Assembly (NCBI GenBank): GCA_000092065.1
Contig: CP000590.1
Origin: Ostreococcus lucimarinus
Lineage: Eukaryota
Direction: 5' to 3' (one strand)
DNA: 64,000 nt
Numbering within the stretch: the stretch's first letter is position 1; each line of letters begins with the position of its first letter. A program made the translations under genes and the position numbers. This document shows, piece after piece, positions 32,710 to 43,744 of this stretch. The notes beneath the pieces were generated by a model that was not told where the DNA came from, searched no databases, and saw only the letters and a program-made list of their open reading frames with translations.

Positions 32710-33354
32710 TCACGACGCCACGGGACTCGGTTCGGCGTCTCGACGCTCCTGCTCGGTCATCTCCTCTAACTCTCGCAAATCGTCCACGTCGTCGTACTCC
32801 ACGCGCGCGCCCTCCACGACGGCGCACCGCTCCGCGGAGTGTTCGTTGAGCGCCGCGCGTAAAATCTTAATCTTCGCGATCGACGCCGAGAACTGCGCCA
32901 CGCACCCTTCGGTGCCGCGATAAAACTTAAAATACGGCAGCACCTTCACCCCCAGCGATTTGCACAGATCCTTATTCGCGTCGAAGTTCACCTTCACGAA
33001 GACGACGTCCGGGTACTCGGCCGCGATTTTACACAGCTTTGGATACAGCGCTCGGCACGCCCCGCACCATCGCGCGTACACGTCCACGACGACCAGTTTA
33101 TCGCTGTGTTCGTTCAGCACGCCCAGGAACGCCATCGTGTCGTCGCACTCGATCATGTTTTCTCCGCCGCCCTTCTCCCACCAGGGGTCTTTCGACGAGA
33201 TCCTCGCGCGCGCGCGCGTCCTCGCACCGCGCGCGTCCTCGCGCGCGCGTCCTCGCGCGCGCACCGCGACGTTCGCCGTCGCGAGCGTCGTCGCGCGCAT
33301 CGTCGTCGTCCGCGCGCCGTTCGCGCGTCGTCGCGTGCCGCGCACTTCACTCAT
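32710..33354 (-). CDS. TRX: Thioredoxin-like protein with atypical WCGAC active site and N-terminal transit peptide
   Basis: LVVVDVYARWCGACRALYPKLCKIAAEYPDVVFVKVNFDANKDLCKSLGVKVLPYFKFY thioredoxin fold; CGAC instead of CGPC resembles atypical plastid thioredoxins. Confidence 0.8.
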   Translation of the reverse strand: MSEVRGTRRRANGARTTTMRATTLATANVAVRARGRAREDARGARTRARARISSKDPWWEKGGGENMIECDDTMAFLGVLNEHSDKLVVVDVYARWCGACRALYPKLCKIAAEYPDVVFVKVNFDANKDLCKSLGVKVLPYFKFYRGTEGCVAQFSASIAKIKILRAALNEHSAERCAVVEGARVEYDDVDDLRELEEMTEQERRDAEPSPVAS

Positions 33355-33385
33355 TCATTCACTCACTCACTCACTCACTCATTCG
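33343..33385. repeat. (CACT)n/(CATT) microsatellite in thioredoxin / Dus divergent promoter
   Basis: cacttcactcattcattcactcactcactcactcactcattc read directly. Confidence 0.8.
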
Positions 33386-33561
33386 CGCGCGTCTCGGTCG
33401 AGACACCGCGACGCGACGCGACGCGACGCGCGATGACGACGACGTTCGAACGCGACGCGTCGTGAGCGCCTCGGTTCGAGCGACCTCGGCGCGAGCGACC
33501 TCGGCGCGAGCGACGACGCCGCCTCGACGACGCCGCCGCCGGAAGAGGCGCGACGGCACCG

Positions 33562-34839
33562 ATGGCGCGCGCGTCGCGAGGGAAATCGCGCGCGAGCGAG
33601 GGATCGACGCTGGCGATCGCGCCCGGATTGGACGTGACGACGCCGTATTATCGCGCGCTCGCGCGAGCGATGACGAAACGGGCGCGGGTGTGGACGGAGA
33701 TGGCGCATCACGACGCGGTGGAACGCTTAAAGTCAAACACGCTGACGCGCGGCGAAACGCTGGCGACGGCGCAGCTGGGAGGGGCGGATCCGAGCGGATT
33801 GGCGCGCGCGGTGGAGGTGTGCGAGGGTGAGTACGGATACGATGAGGTGAATTTAAATTGTGGGTGCCCGAGCGATCGAGTGTGCGGGAAGGGGGAGACG
33901 GAAAAACGGTTCGGGGCGTCGATGATGCTGGACGTCGAACGCGCGGCGGAGTGCGCGAGACGCATGGCGGAGGCGTCGGATCGAGCGAAGATTACGATTA
34001 AACACAGACTCGGGGTGCGGTACGATAAGACGATGATGAAACACGAAGAGACGGACTGTTACGATTACGTCGTGAACTTTGTCGAGGCCATACACGAGGC
34101 GGCGGGAGTGGAGCATTTCATCGTGCACGCGCGAAGCGCGGTGATGGGCGGATTGAATCCCGACGCCAATCGAAAGATTCCGCCTTTGCGATACGACGAA
34201 GTGTTCGCGCTGTGCGACGAGTTCGGAAGATGTGATTTCACGCTAAACGGTGGCGTAAACTCGCTGGCGCAGGCGAAAGAGCTTCTCGATCGCGAAGACG
34301 GCAAGTTGGCGGGCGTGATGATGGGTCGGGCGTTTTACAAGCATCCGTGCATGCTCGCCGACGTCGATCGAGTCATCTTCGGTGACGCCGCGTGCGAGCC
34401 AGCGCTGACGCGCCGGTCGGTGATTCAGCGTTACGGTGAATTCGGCGACGGTGTGTACGCCGCCAGAGGCGCGGACATCGACGTAAAATCTCGCAAAGCC
34501 GTCGCGCGTAAGCTCTTCAAAGCCGTCTCCGGCGTCACCTTTGGCACGTCGACGGGGTCGAAAATGTTCCATCGCGCCGGCGACGCCATGCTCGCCGCGC
34601 GCTACGACGCCATTCCACCCGACCCATCGGATGACCGTCCATTCAGCGTCAACCTCATGGAGTGTTGCGTCGACGTCATGGACGCCGCCGTCTTGGACAA
34701 GCCTCTCGTCGACGTGAAGCCCGAGGGAGATCAGACGTTTTACGTCTCGCCGCGCGAGGACGGCTGGGACCGACGAAACCGAGGCGAAGACGGCGCTCCC
34801 GACGCGTGCGCGCGCGCGTTGAAAACCATCACGATTTAG
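33562..34839 (+). CDS. DUS: tRNA-dihydrouridine synthase (Dus family, DusA-like)
   Basis: YDEVNLNCGCPSDRV (Dus catalytic Cys motif), TIKHRLGV, FIVHARSAVMGGLNP, TLNGGVNSLAQAKELL. Confidence 0.85.
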   Translation: MARASRGKSRASEGSTLAIAPGLDVTTPYYRALARAMTKRARVWTEMAHHDAVERLKSNTLTRGETLATAQLGGADPSGLARAVEVCEGEYGYDEVNLNCGCPSDRVCGKGETEKRFGASMMLDVERAAECARRMAEASDRAKITIKHRLGVRYDKTMMKHEETDCYDYVVNFVEAIHEAAGVEHFIVHARSAVMGGLNPDANRKIPPLRYDEVFALCDEFGRCDFTLNGGVNSLAQAKELLDREDGKLAGVMMGRAFYKHPCMLADVDRVIFGDAACEPALTRRSVIQRYGEFGDGVYAARGADIDVKSRKAVARKLFKAVSGVTFGTSTGSKMFHRAGDAMLAARYDAIPPDPSDDRPFSVNLMECCVDVMDAAVLDKPLVDVKPEGDQTFYVSPREDGWDRRNRGEDGAPDACARALKTITI

Positions 34840-34957
34840 TTCACGATTCATTTGTCTCGCCAAACGCGCGTTGTAGTCATAGCCTTAGATGTTCGCAAAT
34901 GCCGAGCGCGTCGCGCTGAAGATTTGAAAGATCCTCACACTCGGACGCGCGCGCGCC

Positions 34958-35992
34958 ATGCCGCCGTCGTCGTACCGCACCGTCGGGTTCAACGGCTACG
35001 CTGTGAAGTTTTCCCCGTTCGTGCCGCACAGAATCGCGATATCGGCGTCGCAAAACTTTGGAATCATCGGTAACGGCGCGCAAATCATCGGCGATGTCGA
35101 CCCGCTGACGGGAAATTTCATCGAATTGTGCCGGTTTCACACGCGCGATGGGGTGTACGACTGCGCGTGGAGCGAAGGACACGAAAATGTCATCATCAGC
35201 GCGTGCGGAGACGGGAGCGTGAAGGTTTGGGACATCGCGAACGGGCCGCAGGCGAACCCGCTGCGAAGCCTGCACGAACACACGCACGAGGTGTACGCGG
35301 CGTCTTGGAATTTGGCGGGCGGAAGAGACACGTTCTTGACGGCGTCATGGGATGATACGATTAAGTTGTGGAATTTAGAGCGCGGTGAGAGCATGCGGAC
35401 GTTCGCGGAACACGCGTATTGCGTGTACGCGGCGGAGTGGAGCCCGCACCACGCGGATATTTTCGCGAGCGCGTCGGGGGATTGTTTGCTGAAGATTTGG
35501 GATCTTCGACAGCCGCACGCGACGCTGAGCGTACCTGTGCACGATTATGAGACGTTGTGTTGCGATTGGAACAAGTGGAACGACTGCGTGATCGCCACGG
35601 GGAGCGTGGACAAGACGGTGCGGTTGTGGGATATTCGGAACCCGTCGCGAGAGTTGCACACTTTGGTCGGGCACGATTACGCCGTGCGTCGGGTGAAGTG
35701 CTCGCCGCACGCGGAAAACGTCGTGTACACGTGTTCGTACGACATGACGGTGGGAATGTGGGATTGGAAGTCACCCGCGCCGCTGCTGAATCGTTGGGGG
35801 CATCACACCGAGTTCGCCGTCGGGCTAGACACGTCGTGTTTGGTGGAGGGATTAGTGGCGTCGTGTGGGTGGGATGAGATGGTACACGCTTGGAACACGG
35901 TTGATGGAAGCCCGCCACCGATTGCGGCGATGATGCGCGCGCCTCAGGCTTATCCTCCCATGGCGACGGCGTCGCCGGCTCCCGTGGCGTGA
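34958..35992 (+). CDS. PEX7: Peroxisomal targeting signal 2 receptor PEX7 (WD40)
   Basis: YRTVGFNGYAVKFSPFVPHRIAISASQNFGIIGNGAQIIGDV... six WD repeats (SWDDTIKLWN, SGDCLLKIWDL, GSVDKTVRLWDIR, SYDMTVGMWDW); hallmark PEX7 N-terminus. Confidence 0.9.
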   Translation: MPPSSYRTVGFNGYAVKFSPFVPHRIAISASQNFGIIGNGAQIIGDVDPLTGNFIELCRFHTRDGVYDCAWSEGHENVIISACGDGSVKVWDIANGPQANPLRSLHEHTHEVYAASWNLAGGRDTFLTASWDDTIKLWNLERGESMRTFAEHAYCVYAAEWSPHHADIFASASGDCLLKIWDLRQPHATLSVPVHDYETLCCDWNKWNDCVIATGSVDKTVRLWDIRNPSRELHTLVGHDYAVRRVKCSPHAENVVYTCSYDMTVGMWDWKSPAPLLNRWGHHTEFAVGLDTSCLVEGLVASCGWDEMVHAWNTVDGSPPPIAAMMRAPQAYPPMATASPAPVA

Positions 35993-36167
35993 AAAAGTAG
36001 CGAAATATAGATGTATGTACGGCGCCGAACATGAGAGCGAAACATATTCCCTCGGGCGCAATTGAGTTTCGGTAGCAACTATATTGTGAGAAGATGTAGA
36101 TTTAGATTGTAAGAAGAATGATAAATAACAAAAGTGCAACTGTCTAATCAAATCTCGTCGAGGCGGA

Positions 36168-37368
<1,201 letters not shown>

Positions 37369-37463
37369 ACGGACCGCATCGATCGCGCGACGACGCGACG
37401 ACGCGACGACGCGACGACGCGACGACGCGACGCGCGAACGCGCGAACGCGCGAACGCGCGACG

Positions 37464-38375
37464 ATGTCGCGACGCGACGACGACGATCGCGATCGACGCG
37501 ACGCGCGCGAACGCGCGACGTCGCGCGAACGCGATCGAGACGACGGACGACGACGGGACGGCGGCGACGGCGCGCGATTCGGATCGAACGGCGGCGACGG
37601 CGAGCGACGGGACGAACGACGCGCGCGCGATGAGGACGAACGAGGACGAGGCGAACGACGGGATGGCGATAGGTTCGGGCGACGGGACGAGCGCGAGCGC
37701 GATCGAGGCGGGGGAGGCGGACGGGGGGGAGGGGAACGCTTCGACCCGGACGCGGATTGGAGGTGCGCGGAGTGTAATAATTCGAATTTTTCGTGGCGGA
37801 AGAGCTGTAAGCGATGCGGGGCTGGGAAATCGAAGGAATTGAAAGAGCGCGAGCGCGCGGCGCAGGCTGGGTGGTTGTTGGATGGGTTGGAGGACACGAC
37901 GAATCGAATCTTTATTAAAGGTTTCGACGCCGCGAGCACGAGCGAGGACGATTTGCGAGAGGTGTTCTCGGGGATCGGGATCATCTCCAGGGTGCGGCAG
38001 CGCACGGGATTCCCAGATCAATGGCCGTATGCGGTGCGCATATACCTGGATGAACGAGGACAAAAGAAGGACGAGGCGGTGATTACGTACGACGACCCGC
38101 ACGCCGCGCAGTCGGCGCCGAGCTTTTACGACGGGTACGAGTTGAACGGGAAGAAGCTCCACGTATCCATCGCGCAAAGTAAGCCGAAATCTGCGCCACC
38201 ACCGTCTTCGGGTGGTGGTGGTGGTGGCGGCGGTGGCGGCTACGGCGGCGGCGGCTACGGCGGCGGCGGTGGACGTGGCTACGGCGGCGGTGGACGCTCG
38301 TACGGGGGTGACCGACGCGACGATCGAGGCGGATATCGCGACGATAGAGGTGGATATCGCTCGCGGCCGTACTAA
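37464..38375 (+). CDS. FUS/TAF15-like RNA-binding protein: RD/RE-rich N-term, RanBP2-type zinc finger, RRM, C-terminal GGY/RGG repeats
   Basis: C-terminal 303 aa of ORF 36213..38375 (upstream 417 aa are antisense to ADK). DWRCAECNNSNFSWRKSCKRCG (RanBP2 ZnF W-x-C-x2-C...C-x2-C), RRM RIFIKGFDAASTSEDDLREVFSGIGII...DEAVITYDDPHAAQSAPSFYDGYELNGKKLHVSIA, then GGGGGGGGGGYGGGGYGGGGGRGYGGGG...RDDRGGY. Confidence 0.7.
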   Translation: MSRRDDDDRDRRDARERATSRERDRDDGRRRDGGDGARFGSNGGDGERRDERRARDEDERGRGERRDGDRFGRRDERERDRGGGGGRGGGERFDPDADWRCAECNNSNFSWRKSCKRCGAGKSKELKERERAAQAGWLLDGLEDTTNRIFIKGFDAASTSEDDLREVFSGIGIISRVRQRTGFPDQWPYAVRIYLDERGQKKDEAVITYDDPHAAQSAPSFYDGYELNGKKLHVSIAQSKPKSAPPPSSGGGGGGGGGGYGGGGYGGGGGRGYGGGGRSYGGDRRDDRGGYRDDRGGYRSRPY

Positions 38376-38544
38376 CTTTTTAGCGAGTTTTGATAATAAT
38401 CGACGTTTTTGGTGTCTGTGTTCTACAATGTAATAAAATCGCTTCTAAAGCAATATATTTTGCTACTAAAGTTAGGAGTGTTCGGACGCTCGAACATAAA
38501 TGTAATCAATCGAGTAATGGCTCGGGAAAAAATCTTTGGCAACT

Positions 38545-41500
38545 CTACGAAGCCTTGTTGAGGGAGAGAATCTTCAGATGGCCGCGGGAATTGGCGGCGA
38601 GAAGGTGTTTGGAGTTCGGAGACCACACGACAGATGAGATAAATCCACCCTTGTCGCGTCTGTTGTGCGACATCGGCGTCGGCTTGTCGGCGAAGCCGTA
38701 GTGCGCAACGGGAGAGGATGCATGTTTCGCGTACACGTGCACGATGTTGTCTTCCGAACCGCACGCGATGTACCCATCAGCGTTGGTGCTCAACCCGACG
38801 AAGTTCTTCTCGTTGGTGTGGCCCACGTACGTTCGCACGCACGCCGTTCTGGGATCGTTTCTCTTGATGTCCCAAAGCTTGAGCGTGTTATCCGTCGACG
38901 CCGAAACCAACTCATCGCCGACCCAGTGCACGTAAGAAACGGCCTTACGATGGCCTTGCAGCGTCATCAAAGGCGTGCTCGGCTGGCGAAGGTCGTACAC
39001 ATGGATCCTGTGATCGGCGCTTCCGATGGCGAGCATATGTGCCGACGTCGGGTGGAATTTCACCGAGCACACGTTGGCGCGGTTTTGAAGCGTGCACACG
39101 CCTTCCTTCGTCGTCGTGGAAAAGATGCGAACCGTACCGTCGTCAGACGCGCTGGCAAGCTTAGTCGGGTCGATGTGGCTAAAGTCGATACTCCACACTC
39201 GTCTTCTGTGGGTGGTGTTCTCCCAGGTGGACGTTTCTTTCTGCACATCCCAAAGTTGTACGACGCCTTGATAATCACCAGACGCGATGGATTGCTTCAC
39301 GTACGGGTTGTAGCACAACGCCGAAACCTTGGAGTGCGCTTCAAACTCCACCGCTGGGCAGTGCACGCGCGCTCCTAAAGTCATCACCGCACTCGTCTCG
39401 TATACGCAAATGGACTTGCTCGTACCCGCCGTAGCGAACAGCTCGCCATCCCGATCCCAGCTCGCGCAACACACCATGGAATTATTTGCCGCGAAATCGG
39501 CGAAGTCGCCGCCTATCGAGGCGCACCGCTTGATGGAAACCGCGCGAGTCACCAAACATATTTCGTTCTCAAACTCTTCCAGAGCGTCACGAACGGCCGT
39601 AGTATCGACGCCATCCGCTCGAACGCGTTTCAACCAAGCGGCGTCCGAATCGCCCTTAGTGCCGCCCTCCTTTATCGCCACGGCGCACTTGTCGAAGAGA
39701 CCGCGCTCTAAATCCGCGAACACGGCCGGTTCGAGCGATTTGGGCGACTTGAACGCCGTGTGTACGACTGAATCAAGATCCTTGAGCGTCAGAGTCTCGT
39801 CGTCGTAGCACTCCATCGCGTGTTCGACGACTCTCGCGCGTTTGCGATCAGGCGAATCAGAGTGCTCTGAAGCGCTCCCTTTGGCGACTCCTGCTTCGGC
39901 GAGCAAAACGTCGAGCATTCCGTGAGATTGCGTCAACTCGCGCAGTTGAGAATCTCTGGCCGTTCGTAAAGTCTCCAACACTGTCTCAAGACGCTTCAAA
40001 GTCTCCAAGCGTCGCTCAGTCTCCACGCCGTGCGCGCGCGCATCACCCGCCACCGTTCGCAACCGCTCGCTCGCGTCTCTCGCGGTGGCGCGATCTTTTT
40101 GTCTAAGGAGGGAGACGACAACCTTGGCGGCGGCGAGCTCGCCCGTCATCGCGCGCTTTGCGAATCCACTCATGGTGATGACTTTCTCCAGCGCCTTGGC
40201 CGGGTAGTCAGCTTCGTACATCGTGACGAAGACGTCGGGCCAGAACATGTTGAGAATCACCAAGCCGACAACAAACAGAGGGTCTTGATCGCCGAGCTCT
40301 TGCGCGAGCTCCACGAATGTGTACTCGTCTTGGTCCGCTGCCACTTGAGAACGCGCTGCGAATGAGATCGCACCTTGAGGACTGATGTCGAGGCAGTTGG
40401 CGTCGAATAGCTCGTAAGACGCGTACCCGCAACCGTTGACGGCGTCGACGAAGGCGAGAATCTGGCCGGCGACGTGCCAACGCTCCTCTTTTTGCGTCGC
40501 TTGCGCCCCCGCGGATTCGTCGTCAAGCCATTCCCTCAGTCGTCGGGAGCCGTTTTCTAATCCCGACAACGGCGCGGGCAACGGCCGCACGATGGACTCG
40601 GGGACGACGCGACTTCGCGCCTCGTCGCCTTTGCCGGCGTCGGCGGCGTCGATGACCATTTTCACCACGCTCCCTTGCGACACATTATCCATCTGCTGCG
40701 CCGCAGTAGGCGCCGCAAACGGATACGCGGCGACATCCGCCTTGACACTCGCTCCAGTCGCGGCGAAACTCAGCGTGGAGTTGTTTCTAGGCAAAGTCGG
40801 CGACGGCGTCGGCGACGGCGACTTGGCCGTGGCGTTGGCGTCTTCGCTACCCATCCCCTCCGGCACGTGCTCGGGCACCGCCGGCACGCCGTGCACTAAC
40901 TCCCCTCTATCTTCGTCTTCGTCTTCTAAAATCTCTTCCCCGTTTTCAAACCGCGGCACCGCGCGCGACGACTGTATCTGCGACTTTCTCCACACGTGCT
41001 GCCACATGTGCTTGACGGCTTTTCTACTCACGGGTTTAAGCAAATAGTCTTCCGCCCCGTATTGAATGCACCTAAACACCGTATCGCTGTGCTCGTTCGC
41101 ACTCATCATGATAACCGGCATGTCTCGCAATCGCTCGTCGTTGCGCACTATTTGCAACAGCGCCGGTCCGTCGATGCCCGGCATCATGACGTCGGTGAGC
41201 AACAAGTGAAACTCCGTCCCTCGTCTCAACAGCTCCAGCGCCTCTTCTCCCGATTCCGCCGTCGTCACGCGATACCCACACTTTCGCAATAACGACGACG
41301 TTACCGTCCGGCATATCCTCTCGTCGTCCACGACGAGCACGTGCACGTCCGAAGTCGCCGTCGGTCCGTCGCCGCCGCTCGTCGCGCTCGTTCGCCGCGT
41401 CCGCGTCTCCATCGTCCCGTGTCGTCTTCGCTCGTTCATCTCCGTCATCGACTGCGCGCGTCGTCGCGAGGTATCCACGCTCGTCGTCCGCGTCGCCGCG

Positions 41501-41745
41501 CGCGTCGACGCCTCCGCGTCCCTCGACGACGTCGCCGCCATCGGTGCGCGCCCTCGCGTCGACGTCACGCCGTCTCCAGCGCTGCCGCCCCGCGCGCGTC
41601 GTCGTCGCGACGCCGTCCGCGCCGAGCCGTCGAGGACGCGCGGGCGACGATCGCGCGTCGTCGCGATCGAGCGCGCGCGCGGTGACGCGCGCGCGTCGTC
41701 GTGTGGCGTCGGCGCCGACGCCCCGACACCCGGCCGCGCGGCCAC
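38545..41745 (-). CDS. Receiver-domain / kinase-like / coiled-coil / COP1-SPA-type WD40 fusion protein
   Basis: 1066 aa. N-terminal REC domain HVLVVDDERICRTVTSSLLRKCGYRVTTAESGEEALELL...HLLLTDVMMPGIDGPALLQIV...MPVIMMSANEHSD...AEDYLLKP (phospho-acceptor Asp in LLLTDVMMP). Middle degenerate kinase-like segment (ILAFVDAVNGCGYASYELFDANCLDISPQGAISF) and coiled coil (RLETLKRLETVLETLRTARDSQLRELTQ). C-terminal 7-blade WD40 closely matching COP1/SPA (DRDGELFATAGTSKSICVYE; SKVSALCYNPYVKQSIASGDYQGVVQLWDV; GSADHRIHVYDLRQPSTPLMTLQGHRKAVSYVHWV..ELVSASTDNTLKLWD; YVGHTNEKNFVGLSTNADGYIACGSEDNIVHVY; LLAANSRGHLKILSL). Confidence 0.75.
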   Translation of the reverse strand: MAARPGVGASAPTPHDDARASPRARSIATTRDRRPRVLDGSARTASRRRRARGGSAGDGVTSTRGRAPMAATSSRDAEASTRAATRTTSVDTSRRRAQSMTEMNERRRHGTMETRTRRTSATSGGDGPTATSDVHVLVVDDERICRTVTSSLLRKCGYRVTTAESGEEALELLRRGTEFHLLLTDVMMPGIDGPALLQIVRNDERLRDMPVIMMSANEHSDTVFRCIQYGAEDYLLKPVSRKAVKHMWQHVWRKSQIQSSRAVPRFENGEEILEDEDEDRGELVHGVPAVPEHVPEGMGSEDANATAKSPSPTPSPTLPRNNSTLSFAATGASVKADVAAYPFAAPTAAQQMDNVSQGSVVKMVIDAADAGKGDEARSRVVPESIVRPLPAPLSGLENGSRRLREWLDDESAGAQATQKEERWHVAGQILAFVDAVNGCGYASYELFDANCLDISPQGAISFAARSQVAADQDEYTFVELAQELGDQDPLFVVGLVILNMFWPDVFVTMYEADYPAKALEKVITMSGFAKRAMTGELAAAKVVVSLLRQKDRATARDASERLRTVAGDARAHGVETERRLETLKRLETVLETLRTARDSQLRELTQSHGMLDVLLAEAGVAKGSASEHSDSPDRKRARVVEHAMECYDDETLTLKDLDSVVHTAFKSPKSLEPAVFADLERGLFDKCAVAIKEGGTKGDSDAAWLKRVRADGVDTTAVRDALEEFENEICLVTRAVSIKRCASIGGDFADFAANNSMVCCASWDRDGELFATAGTSKSICVYETSAVMTLGARVHCPAVEFEAHSKVSALCYNPYVKQSIASGDYQGVVQLWDVQKETSTWENTTHRRRVWSIDFSHIDPTKLASASDDGTVRIFSTTTKEGVCTLQNRANVCSVKFHPTSAHMLAIGSADHRIHVYDLRQPSTPLMTLQGHRKAVSYVHWVGDELVSASTDNTLKLWDIKRNDPRTACVRTYVGHTNEKNFVGLSTNADGYIACGSEDNIVHVYAKHASSPVAHYGFADKPTPMSHNRRDKGGFISSVVWSPNSKHLLAANSRGHLKILSLNKAS

Positions 41746-41966
41746 GTCACGGGGCGATCGTGGATTTCACATTTACGCGCGAGCGTCCCGTGCGCATGGG
41801 ACTCAGAACGACCCGAATACGCATCGTGGACGACGCGCACGCCACCAAAACCGCGATCGCGCGATCGCCACGCCCGCGCGTCGGCCGTCGCGCGCGCGTC
41901 GGCCGCGCGACGCGATCGCGTCGTCACTTCACGCATCGACGAAGCCAATGGTGCGCGCGATGCGAT

Positions 41967-42001
<35 letters not shown>

Positions 42002-42604
42002 GGACGAGGACGATCGAGGGCGCGCGCGCGAGACCGCGCGCGGGGCGCCGCGGCGGGGTTCGGGACGGGACGACGCGGGACGAGGATGTCGCGTTATCCG
42101 ACGTGGGCGATCGAGCGCGACGATCGGGACGCGCGATGGCGTCGCGCGCGACGCCGTGGGGGTCGCGATGCGCGCGAATGATGGGGAAAAAATTCGCGCG
42201 TCGAGTGACGCCGCGTCGAGGGCGAACGCGGGCGCGAGGACGCGAGGACGCGCGCGCGATGGGGCGTCGGGGACACCGCCACGGGGACATCGCGATCGAG
42301 CGCGCCGTCGGCGTCCGACGCCGCGCGAACGAAAGACGGCGCGGGGGCGACGCGACGCGGACGCGCGGCGCGACGAACGGGGCTCGTCTCGCGCTCTCGG
42401 AGCGTCGAACGGCCGCGCGGCGTGGGCGACGACGCGCGGGCGCCGCCGATCGCGCGCGCGCGGGGTGGATAAACCACCCGCGCGCGCGTCGAGGGGGTCG
42501 GGGCTGGGTCGCGACTCCTCGTCCACGACGAATAGTGTTGAATCGACCGCGAGAAGCGCCGAGACTGACCGAACGCGCGCGCGTGTTTTTCGTGTTGTTT
42601 ACAG

Positions 42605-43744
42605 TCGTTCACTGGCCTCACCTCTACCGCGCTCCCCACCAAGGCGGAGCAAACCTTCACCGGTCGCGTCGCGCGCCAAACCGCCACCAAGGCGACTGGC
42701 GCGAAGACCGTCGCGGCGATGAAGGGTAAGCAATGCAAGGTTGCCATCAACGGTTTCGGCCGCATCGGCCGCAACTTCTTGCGATGCTGGCACGGACGCG
42801 CCAACACCATGCTCGACATCGTCGCCATCAACGACTCGGGCGGAGTGAAGCAAGCGAGCCACTTGGTCAAGTACGACTCCGTCCTCGGCACGTTCGAGGC
42901 GGATGTCAAGATCATCGACGACACGCACATCTCCATCGACGGCAAGTCCATCGAGATTGTGTCTTCCCGTGACCCGCTCCAGTTGCCGTGGAAGGCTCTC
43001 GGCGTCGACATCGTCATTGAAGGTACCGGCGTCTTCATCGACACCCCGGGCGCCTCCAAGCACTTGACCGCGGGCGCCAAGAAGGTTGTCATCACGGCCC
43101 CGGCCAAGGGTGACGACATCCCGACCTACGTCCTCGGTGTCAACGCCGACCAGTACAAGAACACCGACAAGATCGTCTCCAACGCGTCGTGCACGACCAA
43201 CGGCCTCGCGCCGTTCGTCAAGGTTCTCGACGACCGATTCGGCATCGTCAAGGGTTTGATGACCACCACGCACTCCTACACCGGTGACCAGCGCATTTTG
43301 GATGCGTCTCACCGTGACTTGCGCCGCGCTCGCGCCGCCGCCTTGAACATCGTGCCGACCTCCACCGGCGCCGCCAAGGCTGTCGCGCTCGTCTTGCCGC
43401 AACTCAAGGGCAAGCTCAACGGCATCGCGCTCCGCGTCCCGACGCCGAACGTGTCCGTCGTCGATCTCGTCATCCAAACCTCCAAGAAGGTCACCGCCGA
43501 CGAAGTCAACGCCGCGTTCCGTGAAGAAGCCGCCGGCAAGCTCAAGGGTATCCTCGCCGTCGCCGACGAGCCGCTCGTGTCTTGCGATTTCAAGTGCTCC
43601 GACGTCTCCACGTCCATCGACGCCGCGCTCACCATGGTCATGGGTGACGACATGTTGAAGGTTGTCGCGTGGTATGACAACGAGTGGGGCTATTCGCAAC
43701 GCGTAGTGGACTTGGCGGAATTATGCGCAGCAAACTGGGAATGA
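42605..43744 (+). CDS. GAPA: Glyceraldehyde-3-phosphate dehydrogenase A, plastid NADP-type (GapA); exon 2 (transit peptide tail plus mature protein)
   Basis: Frame open from 42569; [65 protein letters not shown]...[23 protein letters not shown]...SCTTNCLAP-like [11 protein letters not shown]...[16 protein letters not shown]. Strong acceptor TGTTGTTTACAG|TCG at 42604/42605; no in-frame ATG before MKGK, so an upstream exon is required (see findings for ATG-only exon candidate at 41948..41950). Listed ORF is 42719..43744. Confidence 0.9.
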   Translation, partial: SFTGLTSTALPTKAEQTFTGRVARQTATKATGAKTVAAMKGKQCKVAINGFGRIGRNFLRCWHGRANTMLDIVAINDSGGVKQASHLVKYDSVLGTFEADVKIIDDTHISIDGKSIEIVSSRDPLQLPWKALGVDIVIEGTGVFIDTPGASKHLTAGAKKVVITAPAKGDDIPTYVLGVNADQYKNTDKIVSNASCTTNGLAPFVKVLDDRFGIVKGLMTTTHSYTGDQRILDASHRDLRRARAAALNIVPTSTGAAKAVALVLPQLKGKLNGIALRVPTPNVSVVDLVIQTSKKVTADEVNAAFREEAAGKLKGILAVADEPLVSCDFKCSDVSTSIDAALTMVMGDDMLKVVAWYDNEWGYSQRVVDLAELCAANWE

